Positions 38,244 to 47,980 of a stretch of DNA of 64,000 nt are shown one piece after another. Position numbers and translations under genes: made by a program. The stretch spans positions 2,062-66,061 of the forward strand of contig JBLHOT010000012.1 in NCBI GenBank assembly GCA_047623945.1, in the 5' to 3' direction. Numbering within the stretch: the first letter of the stretch is position 1; each line of letters begins with the position of its first letter. The stretch comes from Arcticibacterium sp. GTDB lineage: Bacteria > Bacteroidota > Bacteroidia > Cytophagales > Spirosomataceae. The notes beneath the pieces are model-generated. The model was not told the DNA's origin, did not search any database, and saw only the letters and a program-made list of their open reading frames with translations.

Positions 38244-38759
38244 ATGAAAGACCTTCAATACCCTATCGGAAATTTCAAATCTAAAAGTGAGTACACTCCA
38301 AAAGAGATAGCTTCTCACCTAGAGATACTTAGAAATTTCCCAGTGGAATTAGAGAAGGTTTTAGATGGAATTACCCAAAAACAATTGGCTATGGCTTATA
38401 GGCCAGAGGGCTGGAAGGCCCAGCAGGTTATTCATCATATTGCGGACAGTCATATGAATATGCTCACACGTGTGAAGTGGACTCTGACAGAAGATACTCC
38501 TAAAATAAAGGCATACTATGAAGACAGATGGGCCACACTTAGTGATTATTCATTGCCTTATGAAGTTTCGGTGAATATGATTAAGTCTATCCATGCTAAG
38601 GTGGTGGCATTATTAGAAAATGTAGATAATGAAACTTTGGACAAAAGTTATTTGCATCCTGAAACCAACTCGGCTTTCAATTTAAAAACGGTTATGGCTC
38701 TATATGCATGGCATGGTGCTCATCATTTAGCTCACCTTAAAATTTGTAAAGGAGAATGA
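38244..38759 (+). CDS. YfiT/DinB-family metal-dependent hydrolase (bacillithiol-transferase BstA-like)
   Basis: Strong by-eye similarity to B. subtilis YfiT: YPIGNFK, GWKAQQVIHHIADSHMN, TPKIKAYYEDRWA and LYAWHGAHHLAHL (His triad). Confidence 0.85.
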   Translation: MKDLQYPIGNFKSKSEYTPKEIASHLEILRNFPVELEKVLDGITQKQLAMAYRPEGWKAQQVIHHIADSHMNMLTRVKWTLTEDTPKIKAYYEDRWATLSDYSLPYEVSVNMIKSIHAKVVALLENVDNETLDKSYLHPETNSAFNLKTVMALYAWHGAHHLAHLKICKGE

Positions 38760-38932
38760 TTATCCTAGAAAACATAATAATAATAGCCCTTTTGGGATTG
38801 GCCTTGGGCTATTTAATAAAAATGGTTTACAATCAATTTACTAAAGAAGATGCCGGTTGTGCATCTTGCTCAGGATGTTCTGTAGATGAAACGTTGTCAA
38901 AAATGCCTAAAATAGTTAATCAGCAGAACTAG
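38756..38932 (+). CDS. Small (58 aa) FeoB-associated-Cys-rich-type membrane protein; not in the ORF track
   Basis: Own translation: MIILENIIIIALLGLALGYLIKMVYNQFTKEDAGCASCSGCSVDETLSKMPKIVNQQN. It has one N-terminal TM helix followed by a CxxCxxC cluster. The ATG overlaps the YfiT-like stop (ATGA). Confidence 0.6.
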   Translation: MIILENIIIIALLGLALGYLIKMVYNQFTKEDAGCASCSGCSVDETLSKMPKIVNQQN

Positions 38933-39683
38933 CCTCTTCTATTAATTCTTCCGAACCTTCCTTTCCTAACCATCTATCTATCAGAAAGTGAGCTAAATAG
39001 ATTAAAGGAGTTAAGGCTATCGCAATAAAGAATTTGAAGATATAATTATTAGTGGCCACCTGGGTCACTTGCTCCCAAGACCAGTTTCCAAAAACATAAA
39101 AGGCTATAAAAATCACCACGAATGAGTCTATCAATTGAGAAACTACCGTGGAGCCTGTAGCTCTTAGCCAAACCATTCTATTCTTAGTCAAGTTTCTCAA
39201 ACGATGAAACACATAAGCATCTAATATTTGACCTAATAGAAAGGCCGATAAACTTCCGATAATGATGCCCATCCCCTGTCTGAATATCATTCGGAAACCC
39301 TCGTTAATATTGATGGCCTGACCGTTTGCGTCCGTTGAGTTCACATCTAACCAGAAGGCTGCTGGCTCCACATAAACAGCTGTATAGATAACTATAAAAC
39401 TAAAAGTAACTAAGGCTGCGGTTAAGTAGGAGATGAATTTTACTCCCTTTTTACCAAAATATTCATTGATAACATCTGACGTGATGAATACAATAGGCCA
39501 GTTGAGCGTACCGGCCGTTAGAGCAAAACTTAAATCAAAACCTAGAAAGGAAATATTACTTCCATCAAAACCAAGGGTCTGATCAAGACTAAATATTTTA
39601 GCCCCTATTATCTCTGCCGTGATAGCATTGGTTAAGAATATACCACAGAGAATGATGTAGAGTTTTTGTTTTTTACTTGTCAT
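38916..39683 (-). CDS. yhhQ: Queuosine-precursor transporter (YhhQ / VUT family, DUF165)
   Basis: A six-TM protein with LRATGSTVVSQLIDSFVVIFIAF, which is typical of YhhQ. Confidence 0.75.
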   Translation of the reverse strand: MTSKKQKLYIILCGIFLTNAITAEIIGAKIFSLDQTLGFDGSNISFLGFDLSFALTAGTLNWPIVFITSDVINEYFGKKGVKFISYLTAALVTFSFIVIYTAVYVEPAAFWLDVNSTDANGQAININEGFRMIFRQGMGIIIGSLSAFLLGQILDAYVFHRLRNLTKNRMVWLRATGSTVVSQLIDSFVVIFIAFYVFGNWSWEQVTQVATNNYIFKFFIAIALTPLIYLAHFLIDRWLGKEGSEELIEEASSAD

Positions 39684-39737
39684 CTATTTTGAAATGAATC
39701 TTTCGTACAGGGCCTCAATAATTAGTCAATTTGCTAT

Positions 39738-40388
39738 TCAAACCACCCTCCCATCTTTAAGCGTAATGACTCTATCTGCTAAATCTGCCAGTTCTTTATT
39801 GTGAGTCACTAACACAAAAGCACAATTAAATTGTTCTCTTATGGAAAGGAATAGTTGATGTAAGTCGTCTGCGTTTTTAGTGTCCAGGTTTCCGGTGGGT
39901 TCGTCTGCAAAAATAATTTGAGGTGAATTAATCAAGGCTCTTGCCACCGCCACTCTCTGTTGTTCTCCACCAGAAAGCTCAGATGGAAGATGCTCTTCCC
40001 TACCCCCGAGACCTAGTAGGCCTAACAACTCTTTGGCTCTTTCTTTTACCTCTTTTTCATCGCGTTTACCTATCCAACCAGGTAGGCAAACATTCTCAAA
40101 GGCGGTTAGCTCCGACATGAGGTTGTGAAATTGAAAAACGAAGCCCAGTTTTTCATTCCTAAGTTTAACTATCGCCTTATCAGTCAATGAGCTTAACTCC
40201 GTATTGTCCAAATAAGTTTTACCTGAATCTGCCGAATCTAAAGTCCCTAGAATCTGAAGAAGCGTAGTCTTACCTGCCCCAGAAGGGCCTACTATGGCAA
40301 CTATTTCGCCTGAAGAAATCTCTATGTCAATCCCTTTTAAAACCTCTAGTTCACCGTATTTCTTTTTTATCCCCTCCGCTTTCAGCAT
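39738..40388 (-). CDS. ABC transporter ATP-binding protein, LolD/MacB-ATPase-like
   Basis: Walker A GPSGAGKTT, signature LSGGEQQRVAVARAL, Walker B IIFADEPTGNLD and a GFVFQFHNL Q-loop region. Confidence 0.8.
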   Translation of the reverse strand: MLKAEGIKKKYGELEVLKGIDIEISSGEIVAIVGPSGAGKTTLLQILGTLDSADSGKTYLDNTELSSLTDKAIVKLRNEKLGFVFQFHNLMSELTAFENVCLPGWIGKRDEKEVKERAKELLGLLGLGGREEHLPSELSGGEQQRVAVARALINSPQIIFADEPTGNLDTKNADDLHQLFLSIREQFNCAFVLVTHNKELADLADRVITLKDGRVV

Positions 40389-40510
40389 AATATATTCTTC
40401 AATTCCTTTGGCAATTATATCAGTTTTTAAGCTATTATCTTATGAATGAATTGATTATTTACCTAATTTGGTCGCAAATAAGAAAAGTTCAATTCTCATA
40501 ACATTCAATA

Positions 40511-41722
40511 ATGAACATTCACGAATACCAAGGTAAGGAAATTCTAGCCAAATACGGAGTAAAAATACAGCGTGGAATAGTCGCTGAATCTCCAGAAGGT
40601 GCCGTTACGGCATACAAAGAGATAGCCAAAATGTCCAACTCAAATTTTGCGGTTATCAAATCTCAAATTCATGCTGGAGGAAGAGGGAAAGGAAAAATAG
40701 TAGGCATGGAGCAGCATGGTGTACAGTTGGTAAAATCTGCAGAAGCTGTGAAGGAGGCCGCTAGTAATCTTCTAAGAAATGTATTGGTTACACACCAAAC
40801 AGGCCCTGTAGGCAAGGTGGTAAATAAGGTACTTTTAGCTGAGGATGTATATTACCCGGGAGATAGTGAGCCTAAAGAGTTTTATATTTCTATTCTTTTG
40901 GATAGAACAAAAAGCTGCAATGTTATCATGGCGTCCACAGAAGGTGGTATGGACATTGAAGAAGTAGCTGAAAATACACCTGAATTAATTTTCAAGGAGT
41001 GGATAGACCCACGCGTAGGTCTTCAAGGATTCCAAGCAAGAAAGGTGGCTAATAAGTTAGGGCTTAGTGGAAAGGCCAATAAAGAGATGGTTAAGTTTAT
41101 ATTTTCTCTTTATGCGGCATATGAGGGTTCAGACTCTTCTATGTTTGAAATCAACCCTGTCTTAAAGACATCTGACGATAAGATTTTGGCGGTTGATGCC
41201 AAAGTAGACTTAGACGACAACGCTCTTTACCGTCATCCAGAACTAGCAGCTCTTAGAGATAAAGCCGAGGAAGACCCTACGGAAGTAGAAGCTTCTGAAA
41301 GCGACCTGAACTATGTAAAACTTGACGGAAACGTGGGTTGTATGGTAAATGGAGCTGGACTAGCGATGGCTACTATGGATATTATTAAACTTTATGGCGG
41401 TGAGCCTGCCAACTTCTTAGACGTAGGTGGAGCTGCTAACGCTGTCACAGTGGAAGCTGGATTCAGAATTATTCTGAAAGACCCTAATGTAAAGGCTATT
41501 TTCGTTAATATCTTCGGAGGTATCGTCAGATGCGACCGTGTGGCTAACGGAATTGTAGAAGCATATAAGTCTATAGGTGAAATACCTGTACCTATTGTGG
41601 TTAGACTTCAAGGAACAAACGCCGAGGAAGGAGCAGCTATTATTAATGAGTCTGGTCTGAAAGTATTTTCTGCCACCAAATTAAAGGAAGCTGCAGAATT
41701 GATTCAAAGTGTACTCAAATAA
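40511..41722 (+). CDS. sucC: ADP-forming succinate-CoA ligase subunit beta
   Basis: [17 protein letters not shown], an ATP-grasp domain, [15 protein letters not shown] and [10 protein letters not shown]. Confidence 0.95.
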   Translation: MNIHEYQGKEILAKYGVKIQRGIVAESPEGAVTAYKEIAKMSNSNFAVIKSQIHAGGRGKGKIVGMEQHGVQLVKSAEAVKEAASNLLRNVLVTHQTGPVGKVVNKVLLAEDVYYPGDSEPKEFYISILLDRTKSCNVIMASTEGGMDIEEVAENTPELIFKEWIDPRVGLQGFQARKVANKLGLSGKANKEMVKFIFSLYAAYEGSDSSMFEINPVLKTSDDKILAVDAKVDLDDNALYRHPELAALRDKAEEDPTEVEASESDLNYVKLDGNVGCMVNGAGLAMATMDIIKLYGGEPANFLDVGGAANAVTVEAGFRIILKDPNVKAIFVNIFGGIVRCDRVANGIVEAYKSIGEIPVPIVVRLQGTNAEEGAAIINESGLKVFSATKLKEAAELIQSVLK

Positions 41723-41745
41723 CCTTTAAAAATCTTCTTATATTA

Positions 41746-41777
41746 CTCCGTGAATTAAATCTTCACGGAGTTTTTTT
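41746..41777 (+). terminator. Rho-independent terminator abutting the next start codon
   Basis: ctccgtga (41746..41753) pairs with tcacggag (41763..41770). A T7 tract (41771..41777) follows, and ATG 41778 comes immediately after it. Confidence 0.75.
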
Positions 41778-43124
41778 ATGATACGAATCTGGTATGAAAT
41801 AAGAGGTTTGGCAAAAAGATTCTTTGACCTAGAATCTGACAGAGCCTCATTTAATGGGATAATTGAAGGTATAGAAGCTGGAGTAGAAATCAGGGGTACT
41901 AACCTCTGGATTTTAATATTTGCTATTCTTGTGGCCTCGGTAGGCCTAAATATGAACTCCACGGCAGTAGTAATAGGTGCTATGCTTATTTCACCACTTA
42001 TGGGGCCAATTATGGGAATTGGTCTTGGAGTTGGTATTTATGATTTTGCTTTAATAAAAAAGAGCTTTCGAAGTCTGGCTGCCGCCGTTATTATATCTGT
42101 TTTAGCTTCCGCCCTTTACTTTGCTATATCCCCTTTAAGCGACGCTCAATCTGAGCTTTTGTCTAGAACTCAGCCTACTATTTGGGATGTATTAATTAGT
42201 TTTTTTGGTGGCCTGGCAGGAATTGTAGCTGTAACCAGAAAGGAGAAAAGCAATGTAATTCCTGGTGTGGCCATAGCTACTGCTTTAATGCCACCATTAT
42301 GCACAGCTGGATACGCCTTAGCCACGTTAAACTGGGCCTACTTTTTAGGAGCCTTTTATCTTTTCTTTATTAACAGTGTCTTTATCAGTATTTCCAGCAT
42401 GATTATCGTTCGTTTCTTGAAAATCCCAAGCAAGAAGTGGATAGATAAAGTACAACAGCGTAAGATGAGAGTCTATGTTTACTTTGTAGCGATTGTCACG
42501 ATGGTTCCGAGCATTTATCTTGGATTTTCAATCGTTCAACAAAGTATTTTCAGACGAAACGCGAATTTATTTATCAAAGAAGAATTCGTTTATCCAGAAA
42601 CCAATGTTATCCAACAGCTTGTCTCTCCTTCTGATAAAAAGGTTGAGGTCTTCCTATTTGGATCTCCACTAGACAACACAGAAATTAAAAGGCTCCAATC
42701 CGAACTAAAAGACTACGGTATTGAAGAAGCCAATTTAGTAATTCGTCAAAATCAAGTAAATCAGAATTTGCCTGATGTGGAGAGCGTTAGAACTGGCATT
42801 ATTGAAGACTTGTATAGGAGAAATGAAGACCTCATGAAAACTAAGGATGAGCGATTGAGTATTCTGGAGCAGGAACTTATTCAATACAAAACCTATGAAC
42901 TAATTCAGGACGAAGTTTGCAAAGAATTGGAGGTTCAGTATCCTGAAGTAGAATCAAGTGCTTTTAGTACCATGCTTCTTCATCATAAAGAAGCACCTAC
43001 AGACACCGTCACCATGGTCTATTTAGACACCAAAAAGGTTATTAAGGGGACCAACTTCACCAAATTAGAGGCTTGGCTCAAACTCAGATTAAAAACTGAG
43101 AAAATTAAAATTGTACAGCAGTGA
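41778..43124 (+). CDS. DUF389 (TIGR00341-like) membrane protein
   Basis: IGAMLISPLMGPIMGIGLG and PGVAIATALMPPLCTAG are characteristic DUF389 repeats. A soluble C-terminal extension follows. Confidence 0.7.
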   Translation: MIRIWYEIRGLAKRFFDLESDRASFNGIIEGIEAGVEIRGTNLWILIFAILVASVGLNMNSTAVVIGAMLISPLMGPIMGIGLGVGIYDFALIKKSFRSLAAAVIISVLASALYFAISPLSDAQSELLSRTQPTIWDVLISFFGGLAGIVAVTRKEKSNVIPGVAIATALMPPLCTAGYALATLNWAYFLGAFYLFFINSVFISISSMIIVRFLKIPSKKWIDKVQQRKMRVYVYFVAIVTMVPSIYLGFSIVQQSIFRRNANLFIKEEFVYPETNVIQQLVSPSDKKVEVFLFGSPLDNTEIKRLQSELKDYGIEEANLVIRQNQVNQNLPDVESVRTGIIEDLYRRNEDLMKTKDERLSILEQELIQYKTYELIQDEVCKELEVQYPEVESSAFSTMLLHHKEAPTDTVTMVYLDTKKVIKGTNFTKLEAWLKLRLKTEKIKIVQQ

Positions 43125-43966
43125 ATAGCATAAACAGTATTTTAGATTTTAGATTTTTTGAGTACAAAGATTACCAATTCGATGTTGCTCACTTTCTACT
43201 AATTATAGTAGTCCTTCTGATTACTCGGTTCTTACTGTTCACTGTTAGATCAATTATCAAAAAATTTGTTAATAGTGAAAAGCTTGATGTGAGAAACAGT
43301 CAGAGCTTTTTTCTTCTTTTTAAGTACCTAATCTACGTGATTACTATTGTTATTGTCCTAGAGATAATTGGCGTAAAAATCACCATTCTACTTGCAGGTT
43401 CCGCGGCTCTTTTAGTAGGTATTGGGCTGGGGCTTCAGCAAATTTTCTCTGACATAATTTCTGGAATATTCCTGTTGGTAGATGGAAGTGTTAAGATTGG
43501 GGATGTTATGGAAGTAGATACTCTGGTAGGGAAAGTGACCCAAATTAACCTAAGAACAAGCGAAATACTCACCCGAGATGGCATTACCATTATAGTTCCT
43601 AACCATAAGTTTATCACTGAAAATGTAATTAATTGGAGCCACAACGCCGCTTTAACTAGGTTTGATGTTAACGTGGGTGTTGCTTATGGCACCAATCCCG
43701 AAAAAGTAAGAGAAGTACTTCTTCAATGTGCTCAAGAAATAAAGGAAATATCGAAGTCAAAGAATAATGTACCTAACGTAAGGCTTACAAGTTTTGGTGA
43801 CAGTTCACTTGATTTCCAACTGCTTTTCTGGAGTAAAAATGTTTTCCTTATCGAACAGACAAAGTCCGACCTGCGGTTTATTATAGCGAATAAATTTATG
43901 GAGAATGATATTCAAATCCCTTTCCCACAGAGAGATTTGCACATTAAAAGTGGCAGTTTGATCTAA
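43121..43966 (+). CDS. Mechanosensitive ion channel family protein (MscS-type)
   Basis: TM3 and beta-domain pattern: GLGLQQIFSDIISGIFLLVDGSVKIGDVMEVD...GKVTQINLRTSEILTRDGITIIVPNHKF. The GTG start overlaps the upstream stop. Confidence 0.85.
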   Translation: MNSINSILDFRFFEYKDYQFDVAHFLLIIVVLLITRFLLFTVRSIIKKFVNSEKLDVRNSQSFFLLFKYLIYVITIVIVLEIIGVKITILLAGSAALLVGIGLGLQQIFSDIISGIFLLVDGSVKIGDVMEVDTLVGKVTQINLRTSEILTRDGITIIVPNHKFITENVINWSHNAALTRFDVNVGVAYGTNPEKVREVLLQCAQEIKEISKSKNNVPNVRLTSFGDSSLDFQLLFWSKNVFLIEQTKSDLRFIIANKFMENDIQIPFPQRDLHIKSGSLI

Positions 43967-43994
43967 AAAAAACAGGCTGCTTTTTTGCAACCTG
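43965..43994 (-). terminator. Rho-independent terminator for the M48 peptidase gene (minus strand)
   Basis: caggctgc (43973..43980) pairs with gcaacctg (43987..43994) at 7 of 8 bp, with a T6 loop. On the minus strand a T8 tract (43972..43965) follows, overlapping the MscS stop codon. Confidence 0.55.
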
Positions 43995-44017
43995 CCTCTT
44001 CAAAATATCCTTGTAGC

Positions 44018-44851
44018 TTACTTCCCCCCGTAGGCATAGTAATATTTCATGGCCTTCGGTAAGAGTTTTTCTAACTCCGCTATTCTCCCTGCATCTGTAG
44101 GGTGAGTAGATAGTATTTGTGGTGGCTTTTCTTTCCCTTCCGCCGCTGCTGCCATTCTTTTCCAAAACGCCACAGCTTCATTAGGATTATACCCTGCCAT
44201 AGCCATAAAAATAAGACCCAGCTTATCTGACTCCGTTTCTTGCTTTCGGCTATTAGGTAAAACGCCACCTAACTGAGTTCCTATACCCAGCACTTGACCT
44301 GCTGTTTCCATAACCCGTTGGTCTTTAGTAATAACACCAGCTGCCACAGCACCTACCTGGGTAAGGCCTTGTGCTATGAGAGCCCGGCTCATACGTTCCC
44401 TTCCATGATCCGCAATAGCATGAGCTATCTCATGCCCCATGACTACAGCTATACCATCTTCTGTTTGACAAATAGGTAAAATTCCTGTATAAAAACAGAC
44501 TTTTCCACCAGGCATACACCAGGCATTTATCTGGTCGCTCTTAACCGTTGAAAACTCCCATTGATAGCCATCAATAGCTTCACTATAATTATTGGCAATT
44601 AGATAATCTTCCACAGCCTTTTTTATCCTGGAGCCTACTCTAGCCACCATCGCTCCTTCTTTGGTTTTGTTCGAAACAACAGACGATGTATCCATAAAGC
44701 CCGTATACTGAGCAAAACTTAGTTGCTTCATCTGGTCTGAAGACACCATACCCACAAATTGCTTTCTGTTTGTTAATGGAACTCTCTGACAGGACATTCC
44801 TATAAACGCTATGGCAAAAAGTCCTATAAATAGGCCTCTGATTTTTTTCAT
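44018..44851 (-). CDS. M48 family metallopeptidase, lipoprotein
   Basis: Lipobox FIGMSC, zinc motif HEIAHAIADH and a downstream ESDKLG (third ligand region). Confidence 0.85.
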   Translation of the reverse strand: MKKIRGLFIGLFAIAFIGMSCQRVPLTNRKQFVGMVSSDQMKQLSFAQYTGFMDTSSVVSNKTKEGAMVARVGSRIKKAVEDYLIANNYSEAIDGYQWEFSTVKSDQINAWCMPGGKVCFYTGILPICQTEDGIAVVMGHEIAHAIADHGRERMSRALIAQGLTQVGAVAAGVITKDQRVMETAGQVLGIGTQLGGVLPNSRKQETESDKLGLIFMAMAGYNPNEAVAFWKRMAAAAEGKEKPPQILSTHPTDAGRIAELEKLLPKAMKYYYAYGGK

Positions 44852-44902
44852 TGTAATGGGGTTTCTTTTGTTCTTAGGCAGCTTTATTTAAGCTGCTTTA
44901 AG

Positions 44903-44910
44903 TAAATTTG
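44903..44910 (+). promoter_or_regulatory. Candidate -7 promoter box
   Basis: TAAATTTG, 30 nt upstream of ATG 44941. Confidence 0.35.
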
Positions 44911-44940
44911 TGATTAAGTTACGAAAGAAAACGAAAAAGG

Positions 44941-45549
44941 ATGAAGATTATCGCAGTCGGTCGCAATTATGTTGAACATATTGAGGAATTAAAAAATGAC
45001 TTCCCCACTTCACCTGTCATTTTCACCAAGCCAGACTCTGCCATTCTATTAAACAATGACCCTTTTTTCTATCCTCCTTTCTCCAGTTCCATTCATCATG
45101 AGGTAGAAGTGGTTATTAAGATAAAAAAAGCAGGAAAGAATATTCAAGAGAAATTCGCTCATAAATATTATGACGAAATAGGCCTTGGTATAGATTTTAC
45201 TGCACGAGACATTCAGTCGGAGTTAAAGCAAAAAGGACTTCCTTGGGATTTAGCCAAAGGGTTTAATGGATCTGCTCCACTTTCTAAATTTGTTTCCAAA
45301 GAAAAATACAAACTTGGAGATCTTAATTTTAATTTAGAGGTAAATGGAGAAAACCGCCAGACAGGAAATACCGCCAAGATGATATACTCGTTTAATTATA
45401 TCATAAGTTTTGTATCCCAATACTTTACGCTAAAAATAGGCGACTTGATTTTTACCGGAACGCCTGCTGGAGTTGCTGAAGTGAAAATTGGTGACAACCT
45501 GAAAGGTTACTTAGAGAAGGATTTGATGTTTGATTTTAATGTAAAATAA
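44941..45549 (+). CDS. Fumarylacetoacetate hydrolase (FAH) family protein
   Basis: MKIIAVGRNYVEHIEEL, HHEVEVVIKI, GIDFTARDIQ and GDLIFTGTPAGV. Confidence 0.85.
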   Translation: MKIIAVGRNYVEHIEELKNDFPTSPVIFTKPDSAILLNNDPFFYPPFSSSIHHEVEVVIKIKKAGKNIQEKFAHKYYDEIGLGIDFTARDIQSELKQKGLPWDLAKGFNGSAPLSKFVSKEKYKLGDLNFNLEVNGENRQTGNTAKMIYSFNYIISFVSQYFTLKIGDLIFTGTPAGVAEVKIGDNLKGYLEKDLMFDFNVK

Positions 45550-45550
45550 T

Positions 45551-47437
45551 TTGCTAGGCATTTCTGTCATACATTTTTTATTGCTGCTTCTAGGTTTCGA
45601 AGTAGCTGAACCTCAAAAGATTGAGGTCAAGGATCCCTATGAAAAAGGTTATTTTTCTTTTCCAATCAACCCTGGAGTTACAACTTCTTTATCTGGTTCT
45701 TTTGGCGACCTAAGAATTAACCATTTCCATGCTGGACTTGATATTAGGACAGGTGGAAGAGAAGGAAAGGGCGTGTATGCCGCTGCATCTGGCTATGTCT
45801 CTAGAATAAAGGTGGCTAAAGGGGGTTATGGAAATGCCCTATACATTACCCACTCGAATGGTCTCACAACGGTCTATGGGCATTTAAAAGAATATGCCAA
45901 ACCGATAAAGGCTGAATTGTTAAAACGACAGTATCAAAGTCAAAACTGGGAGGTAGACTTATATTTTAAGCCTAATGAGTTAGTTGTAAATAAAGGGGAA
46001 TTGGTAGCACTATCTGGCAATACAGGAGGTAGTGGTGGTCCTCACCTTCATTTTGAGATAAGAGATGAGGCCGAAAATACTCTGGATCCTTCATTGTTTG
46101 GATTTAAAGAAATCAAGGACAATGTGGCCCCGAAAGTAGAATTCATTACGCTAAGGTGCCTTTCTGCGGATGCTCGTGTCAATGGTGCCTTTGGAAGTTT
46201 TGACTTTCCGGTAAGTTTAACATCTTCCGGCCAATATAGATTAGCTACTCCTGTTAAAGCCTGGGGGGATATTGGGGTGGAAGTATATACTTATGATAAA
46301 GCACAAACTACTCCTTTTAAGCTGGGAATTAAACACCTGGAATTACTCAAAGACAATGAAGTAGCTTATACCTTCCAGCTAGGGAAACTCGCCTTTGATA
46401 ACAAAATTGACATGAACCTTCATACCAACTATGAACGCATGGTTAATGGTAACATAAAGGTACACAAGGCCTATTTTGAGCCTGGAAATAGATTAACCTT
46501 TTATAGTTTCTTAGCAAATAATGGACTTTTGAGCTTTAGAGACAATGAAACGCATCAAATATCTCTTATTCTAAAGGATAGCTATGAGAATATCAGGAGA
46601 GTTGATTTCCCGATTGAAAGTCAAGTATTCGGAGAAAGTCTGGTACCAAACGACTTAAACTCTGGCGAAATAACTAAGGCTACGCTTCTTGATAAATTTG
46701 TGAAGATAGTTCGAAGAAAAAGTGATGTCCCATTAAAGCTTATTGACGGGAACTTCTCTGAAAAAATATCGCCATCATACGTTAATAAGTCCGAAGAGAC
46801 ATTTATTATAGATCTGGATGAGCATTTCTTTTCCGCTTATGTGAATGAAGGTACTCTTTACGAAGCTCCTTTTACTGGGGAGTCATCCACAACTTTTAAC
46901 AAAGTAAGTCAGAAGACCTTCGAGGTTGATTTCAAAGAAACGCTTTATCACCCCATCTATATAAGTTTGAAAGAACAGAATGAAGCTCTTCATTTAGACA
47001 GAGACACCCATCCTTTAAAAGGAAGATATGAAACCAGATGGAAAGTGCAAAGGGACGAAATTATAGAAGCTAAAGATAAAGCTTACTTTATGGATAGTAG
47101 GCAACCGAAGTATGTAGGGGGCCAGTGGAGAAACAACACCATAACCTTTCATCCAAAAGAATTAGGCACATTTGATATTTTACGTGACATTATTCCACCA
47201 AGTATTCAGGTTAAAACTTTAAACGAAAGTCTGCTCATGTTTTCAATCAAAGATAATTTATCCGGTATAAAGTCCTTTGATTGTTGGGTGAATGATACTT
47301 GGGTGCTTATGGAATATGAGTATAAAAATGGACTACTCTGGTCTGAAAAGTTGGAAAACAGACCATTTACTGGCAAGTTAGTTCTGAGAGTAATAGACCA
47401 ATGTGATAACGAACAAATTTATAAATCAAACATCTAA
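45551..47437 (+). CDS. M23 family metallopeptidase with long C-terminal extension
   Basis: FHAGLDI, GNALYITHSNGLTTVYGHL and GNTGGSGGPHLHFEI are LytM/M23 zinc-site motifs. The start is TTG, 1 nt after the upstream stop. Confidence 0.85.
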   Translation: MLGISVIHFLLLLLGFEVAEPQKIEVKDPYEKGYFSFPINPGVTTSLSGSFGDLRINHFHAGLDIRTGGREGKGVYAAASGYVSRIKVAKGGYGNALYITHSNGLTTVYGHLKEYAKPIKAELLKRQYQSQNWEVDLYFKPNELVVNKGELVALSGNTGGSGGPHLHFEIRDEAENTLDPSLFGFKEIKDNVAPKVEFITLRCLSADARVNGAFGSFDFPVSLTSSGQYRLATPVKAWGDIGVEVYTYDKAQTTPFKLGIKHLELLKDNEVAYTFQLGKLAFDNKIDMNLHTNYERMVNGNIKVHKAYFEPGNRLTFYSFLANNGLLSFRDNETHQISLILKDSYENIRRVDFPIESQVFGESLVPNDLNSGEITKATLLDKFVKIVRRKSDVPLKLIDGNFSEKISPSYVNKSEETFIIDLDEHFFSAYVNEGTLYEAPFTGESSTTFNKVSQKTFEVDFKETLYHPIYISLKEQNEALHLDRDTHPLKGRYETRWKVQRDEIIEAKDKAYFMDSRQPKYVGGQWRNNTITFHPKELGTFDILRDIIPPSIQVKTLNESLLMFSIKDNLSGIKSFDCWVNDTWVLMEYEYKNGLLWSEKLENRPFTGKLVLRVIDQCDNEQIYKSNI

Positions 47438-47438
47438 T

Positions 47439-47888
47439 ATGACTTTAAAAATAGGCGATAAAGCACCCATCTTTGAAACGATTGACCAAAATAGTGTTGC
47501 AGTAAATTTTGGTGATTTTAAAGGTCAAAAAGTAGTCATCTACTTTTATCCTAAAGACAACACACCTACTTGCACTGTGCAGTCTTGTAATATTCGTGAC
47601 AATTATGACGCTTTCTTGGCTAAGGGAATAAAAGTATTTGGTATCAGCACAAGCGGTCTTAAAGCTCATCAAAACTTCATTAAAAAGTTTGATCTCCCAT
47701 TTGACTTGCTGTTAGATACTGATAATGCAATTACAGACCTTTATGGTGTTTGGCAAGAGAAAAACACTTTCGGGAAAACTTACATGGGGACGGTTAGAAC
47801 CACTTTTGTGATAGATGAAACAGGCATTATTGAAGACATCATATCCAATGTCAAATCAAAAGAACATTCAAGTCAAATACTGCGATAA
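47439..47888 (+). CDS. bcp: Thioredoxin-dependent thiol peroxidase (Bcp / PrxQ)
   Basis: MTLKIGDKAPIFE...VIYFYPKDNTPTCTVQSC, with a CxxxxC peroxidatic/resolving pair. Re-called to ATG 47439; the track start at 47403 overlaps the M23 gene. Confidence 0.9.
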   Translation: MTLKIGDKAPIFETIDQNSVAVNFGDFKGQKVVIYFYPKDNTPTCTVQSCNIRDNYDAFLAKGIKVFGISTSGLKAHQNFIKKFDLPFDLLLDTDNAITDLYGVWQEKNTFGKTYMGTVRTTFVIDETGIIEDIISNVKSKEHSSQILR

Positions 47889-47980
47889 TAAGTGTCAATA
47901 TGACATTTTTAAACAATTGCTTTCTTTTCACCACATATTCCCTAATTTTACTCCGTTTTTAAATTAAAATATACTCTTAA

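Noticed and set aside
39684-39737. Possible preQ1 riboswitch in the 54-nt spacer upstream of the yhhQ-like queuosine-precursor transporter
   Set aside because: The minus-strand RNA (…uugaggcccuguacgaaagauucauuucaaaauag-AUG) lacks the P1 stem complement and the conserved A-rich tail and CUA elements of preQ1-I as I remember them. The gene is more likely co-transcribed with the upstream lolD-like gene.
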